Of a stretch of DNA of 64,000 nt, positions 55,036 to 64,000 are shown in pieces. The notes beneath the pieces were generated by a model, which was not told the DNA's origin, made no database searches, and saw only the letters and a program-made list of their open reading frames with translations. The position numbers and the translations under genes are program-made. This DNA is from the human T2T-CHM13v2.0 reference genome, Homo sapiens: NCBI RefSeq assembly GCF_009914755.1, contig NC_060930.1; one strand, 5' to 3'. The stretch's first letter is position 1. Every line of letters begins with the position of its first letter.

Positions 55036-55320
55036 TTTTTTTTTTTTTTTTTTTTTTTTGAGACAGGGTGTTATTCTGTTTCCCAGGCTGAGTGAAGTAG
55101 TGGCTCACTGTAGCCTCAACTTCCCAGGCTCAAGCGATCCTCCCACCTCGGCCTCCTGAGTAGCTGGGACCACAGGCATGCACCATCATGTCCTGTTATT
55201 TTTTGTAGAGATGGGGTCTCACTATGTTGCCCAGTCTGGTCTGAAACTGCTGGACTCAAGATCCTCCCACCTCAGCCTTCCAAATTATTGGGATTACAGA
55301 CATGAGCCACCATGCCCAGC
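55036..55320 (-). mobile_element. AluJ
   Basis: Reverse dimer. Confidence 0.92.
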
Positions 55321-55815
55321 TTAGGACTCATTTTTATTCCATCAGTCTCTGCCCAAAAACTTTCAGTGATTTTTTGTTGTTTAAGACATGTAACCCAAAC
55401 CCTTCATTTTATAATCCTGGCAGCCTGTCACCCAGCTCAAATCATGACTTCCCGGCACAAAGCTTGTGCTGCAGTCCATCTGTCTCCCTGATCCGTCCCT
55501 TATAGAAAGTGAACACCTGCTCTTGCCACAGCTGTCACATGGAGGGACTCCGCCCAGGCCCCTCAGTCTACAAAATTCCAACCGTTCTTGAGAACTTGCT
55601 CATTTGCCACACTTCCCTAAGCTGAACATCTAAAGGTAATTCTTCAGGGTCAAAAACTGGGCCTTCCCATATTAAGAGGCATCCCAAGAATGATGACATC
55701 ACATGTCCTTCTAAGGAATCGAACACTAGCGATTGTGAACTCCAGCAAGAAGATGTTTTGTCTTTGAGATGAGTAATGAGGAGAAAATGGCGTGACGATG
55801 GCATTACACGGATAA

Positions 55816-56099
55816 GGGTCTATTATTCCTTATCCACAATGCTGAAATTGAAGAAGCTCCCCAAACCACAACTTACTACATAACTCATTGCATGTCAAGG
55901 CCTGACCTGGCCTGAACTGACATGAGCCTATTTATAGACATTGTCTCATTCCATGTGCATATCTATCCTTTGGCTTCAGAAATAGTAAGATGCTTGATTG
56001 CACAATACTGCAGGAGAGTCCACCAGCAGTGGTAGGTAACACCCTGAGTCCTGAAAGCCATGTGGCTCCAAGGATTTCAGATATGGAACTATGGGCCTG
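55816..56099. mobile_element. MER46C-type Tigger MITE
   Basis: ccttatccacaat...ctgaactgacatgagcctatttatag...ccaaggatttcagata..gggcctg. Confidence 0.65.
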
Positions 56100-56436
56100 T
56101 GGTGACTATGATCCTGGTTTTAATGCTCATGTTCATGTTCATGTTCCCCAGCGCTGCATTTATTCTTAGCTTGAGCTTATTTGTGGGATCAGCCTGATTA
56201 TGGTCGCTGAAAAATCTTTGTCAGAGGCAGTTGGGATAACCAGCCGTGGGCAAATGAAACAAGAAAAGTCAACCAGAGACCAGAGGCTAGCATGTGGCCT
56301 AATTCCTCCCCTGGTCTCAATCTTATCACCATGGCCCATCAGAGGTGCTACCTCCTGGCCCTGCCTCACACACCTCCACCCCCAGACATCTTGGGTCTAC
56401 AGATACTTTAAGAGCCCTGGAAGCACAATTGAAGCT

Positions 56437-56720
56437 TGCCGGGTGTGGTGGCTCATGCTTGTAATCCCAGCACTTTGGAAGGCAGAGGTGGGCCAATCAT
56501 TTGAGCTTAGGAGTTTGAGACCAGCCTGGACAACATGGCGAAACTCCATCACCATGAAAAATACAAAAATTAGCTAGGTACAGTGGCATGAGCCTGTAGT
56601 CCCAGCTACTTGGAAGGCTGAGGTTGGAGGATCCATTGAGCCTCAGAGGCAGAGGTTGCAGTGAGTCGAGATGGTGCCATTGCACTCCAGCCTGGGTGGC
56701 ATGAGTGAAACCCTGTCTCA
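56437..56720 (+). mobile_element. Alu (J/S)
   Basis: Full dimer; tail replaced by (CA)n. Confidence 0.92.
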
Positions 56721-56748
56721 ACACACACACACACGCGCATGCACGCAC
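56721..56748. repeat. Alternating purine-pyrimidine tract (CA/CG/TG)
   Basis: acacacacacacacgcgcatgcacgcac. Confidence 0.9.
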
Positions 56749-56752
56749 TTCC

Positions 56753-56902
56753 CTTTTTTAGAGACAGGATCTCATTCACTCAGTCACCCAGACTGGAATG
56801 CAGTGCTGCAATAATAGCTCACTGCAGCCTTGAACTCCTGGGCTCAAGTGACCTCAGCTTCCCAAAGTGCTGGGATTACAGGCATAAGCCACCCCACCCA
56901 GC
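56753..56902 (-). mobile_element. AluJ with internal deletion
   Basis: Right-arm end joined to left-arm start. Confidence 0.85.
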
Positions 56903-56909
56903 CTACATG

Positions 56910-57538
<629 letters not shown>

Positions 57539-57547
57539 CCTTACTTA

Positions 57548-57697
57548 TTTTTTTTATATTTAAAATAAAAATTTTTTCAATATAGAGACAGGGTCTCCCT
57601 ATGTTGCCCAGGCTGGTCTCAAACTCCTGGGCTCAAGCAATCCTCCCACCTCAGCCTCCCAAATTGCTTGGATTCCAGGCATGAGCCACCACACGCA
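57548..57697 (-). mobile_element. FLAM_C / Alu left arm
   Basis: Reverse monomer. Confidence 0.85.
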
Positions 57698-57818
57698 GCT
57701 GCAAATTTATTATCACGTTATTGTTTCAAAAGATACTCCGCTATTAAAATTGAGCAGTCAGAGTCTTTTTTCACTTTTCAGGAAAAAATAAAATCAATGA
57801 CAGAATTTTCTAAGATTT

Positions 57819-58123
57819 GGCTGGGCGCGGTGGCTCACGCCTGTAATCCCAGCACTTTGGGAGGCCGAGGCAGGCGGATCACGAGGTCAGGAGATCGAGA
57901 CCATCCAGGCTAACACAGTGAAACCCCGTCTCTACTAAAAATACAAAAAATTAGCCGGGTGTGGTGGTGGGCGCCTGTTGTCCCAGCTACTTGGGAGGCT
58001 GAGGCAGGAGAATGGCGTGAACCCCGGAGGCGGAGCTTGCTTGCAGTGAGCCAAGATTGCGCCACTGCACTCCAGCCTGGGCAAAAGAGTGAGACTCCGC
58101 CTCAAAAAAAAAAAAAAAAAAAA
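57819..58123 (+). mobile_element. AluY
   Basis: AluY diagnostics, TSD agaattttctaagattt. Confidence 0.95.
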
Positions 58124-58279
58124 AGAATTTTCTAAGATTTACCAGCATTTACCAGATTTACCAGAATTTTCTAGATTTACCGTCAGTTAGGTTTTTCTAT
58201 TGGGGTTGGATTCCACTTGTCTTTTAAGAAACATATAAGTCGGATGAGATTTGATAAAATTATTAAGTACTTGGCCAGG

Positions 58280-58430
58280 TGTGAGCCCATTCACTATCAA
58301 CTGTCACGAGAACAGCATGAGGGTGACCTCCCCCATGATCCAATCACCTCCCACCAGGTCCCTTCCTCGACACGTGGGTTTTACAATTCAAGATGAGATT
58401 TGGGTGAGGACACAAAGCCAAACCATATCA
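58280..58430 (-). mobile_element. MST/THE1 LTR 5' fragment
   Basis: cccccatgatccaatcacctcccaccagg...gatgagatttgggtg..ccaaaccatatca. Confidence 0.88.
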
Positions 58431-59404
58431 CAAGCATTTGCAATAAAATTCCAACTAAAACAGAGACACTGAAATCTACAGGTAAAGGTCTTTCTTCTGT
58501 GAGTGCCAAGAAAGTAGGGTTCTGCAATTCTTGGGTGGATTTAGGAAATGCTTCATGGAAAAAAAATGACACCAAGGCCAAGTCTTAGAAAATGTGAGCA
58601 AGACAATTCACCTATTTCCCCATTTCAGGAGTTCACTATGGCAGGGTGACGCTAGGGCTTGGATGGACCCAATGAGATGTTCTTGAACACCAGATTTAGC
58701 TTTAAAATTCAAGGTTTCCTGAGTAGAAATCCCATTAGGGTAGAGCCCAGCAGTCTGAGTTATAGCCGGACTGTAACAGAGAGTGGATGGAGAAAGATTA
58801 ATTAAGGCAGTTGGGTTTGAAAGGACAAATGAATCTGACATAGCAACATGACAAATGTGTGTGAGCCCAACACTAATTAGCAATAAAAAAAATACTTATC
58901 TTCTAAATACACAAAGCACATATTTTCAGTGACAACTCATTCTACTCCTAATCCCCACATAAACATGTAGGTCAAAGAATGCCTGGGTCAAATTGGTGCT
59001 TTCATCCCCTGCATCCACATGGGCGTCACCAACCAGCCCTCGAGTGAGGGGAAGATAGTCCATCTGGGCCCATTTGGAGAAAATGCTCATTTGCCAAAAG
59101 GCAGATTTACTCTAAGGACCACCCCTCCACTCATAAAGCTCTCTGCAAATGTGCAAAGAATTTAAAGGCAAGCTAGTATTTATATACTTACTCCTCTGCA
59201 TTTTTGCCCTTTCAATTTTAAGGTAGAATGGCTTGTTTCATCCCTCTTTTGGAGACCAAAGAGTTTATACTTAATCTGGACTGAACTAAACAGGCCTTCT
59301 TCTGGGAAAAGGGCTGAGGGAGTCCCCAGCTCTGGGTCTATTCAATCAGTTAATGAATTAATTATTCAGGGATTCTTCTCTGTCACTGTGAGGTTGTGTG
59401 TGTT

Positions 59405-59707
59405 GGTTCTTCCTCAGGAAGGACCTCCCTTACCACCTTAACACAGTCAATAACCCCTCGCCCACATTCTCTGCTCCTAATCCTGTTTTATTTTTCTTCA
59501 TGGCATTTATCATTTCCTAACTTTATAGTGTAAATATATTTTTTGGATTCCTATCTTCTCCTCTATTATGAAAGCTCCCGTTGATGGAGACTTTGAGAGT
59601 TTTATTTAATTCTGTCAACCCAGTGCATAGAATAATGCTTGGCACGTGATAGGCACTCAATAAATACTTGCAAAATGAGTGAGTGAATGAACGAACGAAT
59701 GAATGAA
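59405..59707 (+). mobile_element. L2a 3' end
   Basis: tggcacgtgataggcactcaataaatacttg...gaatgaatgaa tail. Confidence 0.85.
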
Positions 59708-59859
59708 GTCGAATAAATGAGGCTGAGACTGCTTAAAGATCATCCCAGGCCAATCCCCTCACTGTTGAGAACTAAGTGCAATGGTGGTCTCCTAAAGGAG
59801 GTTCTTCTGGGAGGATCCACCCCTCATTGTGTGGGGAGGTACTAGCCCACGGCTAGAGT

Positions 59860-60140
59860 GTCAGATAAACATAAGAAAAATTAAATAGAGGGTGAAGCTC
59901 TCAGCGGCTTGGAAGAGTGTCCTATAAATAGGGAGGAGGAAGAAGGCCTTGGAGGGTAGGGATGACTCAGCCAGCTTTGTCAGGACATGATTTTCAACTT
60001 TCCACCCACGGACACTTTGGGTTGGTTAGAGAATTATTGCTAAATCCTGACAACGTGTGCCTACAGTGTGATTTCTGTTCTCTTTCTCTCCGTTCCCCTC
60101 TCACTGACCCTTTTCTCTCAACCGCCATGCGCAATGTTTC
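59860..60140. promoter_or_regulatory. Candidate enhancer/promoter (GATA, MEF2/TATA, AP-1/ARE, C/EBP-like motifs)
   Basis: AGATAA 59863, CTATAAATAG 59922-59931, TGACTCAGC 59963-59971, ATGCGCAAT 60127; motif evidence only. Confidence 0.35.
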
Positions 60141-60619
60141 TGGGAAGTCTGTGAGGAATCCGCCATCAAGAACCTGTAAGCTGCTGCAGTTAAACTTTGA
60201 ATGCGGTCCGTTCCCAGCGTCATTTCCCCTTCCCTTTCCTGCAGGCCCTGGTCTCTGTTGGTCATTGAGGGTCAACGCCAGGACTGAGGTATATGATACA
60301 GAGGAAGCCGATCAGCCTATTCCTTTCCCCTAGCCAGAGACTGGGTTAGGTCAACAAGCAGACATTGCTGGGGACTTCAGGAAGGAAGTTTCCTAGTCTT
60401 TGAGTGACTCCTTTGTCAACACATATCAATAGGGAGCATGTAGTCCAGGAGTTACCGGCAGCCATCTTGTGACCCTGAGATGAGCGGGGATGGAGCAGAG
60501 CCACCAAAGGCAGAGAGGAGAGAATGAGAGAAACAGGATCTTCGGAGACATCCCTGAGCTACAAGAAGCCTGCCCCAGCTCTGGGTTTTCCAGTAGATGC
60601 AAGCCAATATATTCCACCC

Positions 60620-61259
<640 letters not shown>

Positions 61260-61264
61260 TCATT

Positions 61265-61552
<288 letters not shown>

Positions 61553-62219
61553 TTTATGTTCCATTTATTGTGTAAATCAATTTGAGCTGTTGTTAAAACT
61601 GAAAGCTGCCTAACTGATACACTGGTTCTGATTCTTTTTCCCAACTTAAGGTGAATTAAAGGAGTTTGTCTCTTTTTTGTTAAGTTTAATATATTTCATT
61701 TCAAATGTCACTATATATATTTGAGGCCACATTGGAAATATGGACTCTAATAGTACAATACCCCCTTGTTGAGCCAACTTTAAATTACATTAACTTTTGC
61801 AATTCACCAATAAATCATAGCAGAGGATCATGAGACTACAGATCTGCCACTTTCACTTTTAACCATGTAAAATTAGGAAATTTTATTAATAAAAGGTATT
61901 TGTGAAAAATCATACATGCATAAAGAGTCTTATTATGATATAACAGTGAATACATAATTCTAGCAATCACCAGAATATAACAAAAATTGCATAGTGAAAA
62001 TAAAATTCACCGTAACACTACCAAAAAAAGGTTATGGGCTCAGTTAGATTCCTGGAGCATTGGAGACAGTCAGAATTTACTTAGGGTTGGTCTCACTCCT
62101 GAAAACCTCAGGAAATGCTGGAGACGGTGCCTGGGGTTCTGTTTTACTGTGCCGAGTTGTGTCCCTACCCTGATGAGCTGTAAGTTCCATTATTGAGATC
62201 TGTCTCATAAAATGACACT

Positions 62220-62582
62220 TGGTTTTTTTTTTTGGTTTTGTTTGTTTGTTTGTTTGTTTTTTCTTTTTTCTTTTTTCTTTTTTTTTTTTTTTTGAGATAG
62301 TCTCACTCTGTCGCCCAGGCTGGAGTGCAGTAGCACGATCTCAGCTCACTGCAACCTGCAACTTCTGCCTCCTGGGTTCAAGCGATTCTCCTGCTTTGGC
62401 TTCCCAAGTAGCTGGGATTGCAGGCGTGCACCATCATGCCCAACTAATTTTTGTAGTTTTAGAAGAGATGAGGTTTTACCATGTTGGCCAGGCTGGTCTT
62501 GAACTCTTGGCCTCAAGCAATCTGCCCACCTTGGTCTCTCAAAGAGTGCTGGGATTACAGGTGTGGCCCACCACACCCGGCC
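62220..62582 (-). mobile_element. Alu with long T-rich tail
   Basis: Reverse dimer. Confidence 0.93.
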
Positions 62583-62599
62583 TTGGCTTTGGTTTTGGT

Positions 62600-62765
62600 T
62601 TTGACCATGCCACAGCGGTAGTGGCTGTGGGGTGGAGAGGATGCCTGATTTTTAATTCTTATGAAGGTGCTTTCTTGTGTGGATAGTTCTGCAATCTGGT
62701 ATTCCTGCAAGGGCAGTGGGGGTGATTGCTGGAGGGATCTATTTGGCTATCTTGCTCCACCTCCC
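62600..62765 (-). mobile_element. Possible old L1M 5' end remnant
   Basis: tctatttggctatcttgctccacctcc resembles reverse L1M 5' terminus. Confidence 0.35.
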
Positions 62766-63240
62766 TTAGAGGAGTTTGTCTTAATAAATAAACCCAGGAG
62801 AAGATAAACATTGTTTGATTTTCCCAGATTTTATTGTGGATAAACTATTTTAATTTAATTATGGAATGAAATCTTGTATACTTGCATATTAGGGAATCAG
62901 AAAGAGATCTGGAGCTTTGAAACTAAAACGCTTCACTCGTAAACTGACAATCAGATATCTTAGACCAAAATCTTCTTCAATATTAATTGGTACTTACAAA
63001 ATATCCTTTGAAAAAGGCTATATAGAGAAGCTGAATGTGTCTAGCGATTAAGACAGCATTTATTTATACTCTTATACTAGTTTACATATACTCTTATACT
63101 GGTTGAAATGTTTCTAATTGATTAGACACGTGGAATATTTGAGAGAGAACAGACATCAGGCAATGAGGTACAGCAGTTAAGAACAAGGTTAACTTGCCCA
63201 AGTTCTATCTTAACTTCATTTTCGTAGGTCTTGTTGGTGC

Positions 63241-63631
63241 TGATATGATTTGGGTCTGTGTCGCCACTCAAATCTTTTGTCAAATTGTAATCCTCGATGT
63301 TGGAGGAGAGGCCTGGTGGGAGGTGACTGGATCATGGGGGCATGGATTTCCCCCTTGCTGCTCTCGCCATAGTGAGTGAGTTCTCATGAGATCTGGTTGT
63401 TTAAAAGTGTGTAGCACCTCCCGCCTCTCTCTTCCTCCTGTTCTGGCCAGTGAAGATGTGCCTGCTTCCCTTTCCCCTTCTGCCATGATTGTGAATGTAA
63501 ATTTCCTTGAAGCCTCCCCAGCCATGCTTTCTGTACAGCCTGTGGCACCATGAGCCAATTAAACCTCTTTTCTTTATACATTACCCAGTCTCAGGTATTT
63601 CTTTATAGCAGTGTGAGAAAGGACTAATACA
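63241..63631 (+). mobile_element. MSTA/B solo LTR
   Basis: tgatatgatttgg...agccaattaaacctcttttctttata...ggactaataca. Confidence 0.92.
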
Positions 63632-64000
63632 GTGGCCTACCCAACATTCATCTCCCTCCTTCCTCTCTCCTAGTGAAGCCCTGATTTCGTTCTCCTCCAT
63701 GCCACTAGAGAAAGCTATTTCTCTAGTGCCAGGAATGAGTCTTGATTTATCTAAACCAATCAAAGCAGGCTTATCCTCCTCTTCAGCTATTGAAATGTGA
63801 GACATATCAGTCCAGGAAGACACATACAGGGGGATTTTCCCAAGAGTTTCTAGGACAGTTCCTCTAAGAGAATTTCCAGAAGTAATTCCCTCTCTTAGGC
63901 TTACCATGGAAAAGAAAGCAAAGAACTTTGACTACTGTTGACAGCCACTCCTCAACCATGAGGAGAGCTAGGCTTAGGATGCAGTCCACACTGCCTATGG

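Noticed and set aside
63063-63102. Short tandem duplication tatactcttatact
   Set aside because: Ordinary slippage in AT-rich DNA

Overview
Primate, human-like genomic DNA, recognised by eye from AluY/S/J, MER41B, LTR8, MADE1 and Tigger1; I cannot name the locus. It looks intergenic or intronic: no supportable protein-coding exon, no CpG island, no RNA gene. About 78 Alu/FLAM/FRAM pieces make up roughly a third of the window (by-eye estimate) and explain most of the ORF track. The rest includes solo LTRs (LTR33, MER34/39-type, MER41B, MER4-type, LTR8, LTR9-type, several MaLR), DNA transposons (a both-ends-intact Tigger1 split by 9 Alus, MER33, MADE1, MER20, MER46C, MER47-type), L1/L2/MIR relics and an orphan ERV-L integrase fragment. 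Beyond repeat annotation, two things stand out. (1) A set of microhomology-bounded templated insertions that look like fossil template-switch or DSB-repair scars. Two have donors visible 1.1-1.3 kb away (19012-19240, direct; 48337-48440, inverted), and there are smaller fold-back scars. (2) Repeat-free islands with motif clusters: KLF plus a SOX/TCF-OCT composite at 10663-10687, and MEF2/TATA plus ARE at 59922-59971, alongside a MER41B that keeps one of its two STAT1 GAS sites. I do not see evidence for a novel gene system. Repeat subfamily names come from memory of consensus sequences, boundaries are approximate (about +/-10 bp), and both need RepeatMasker/Dfam confirmation.
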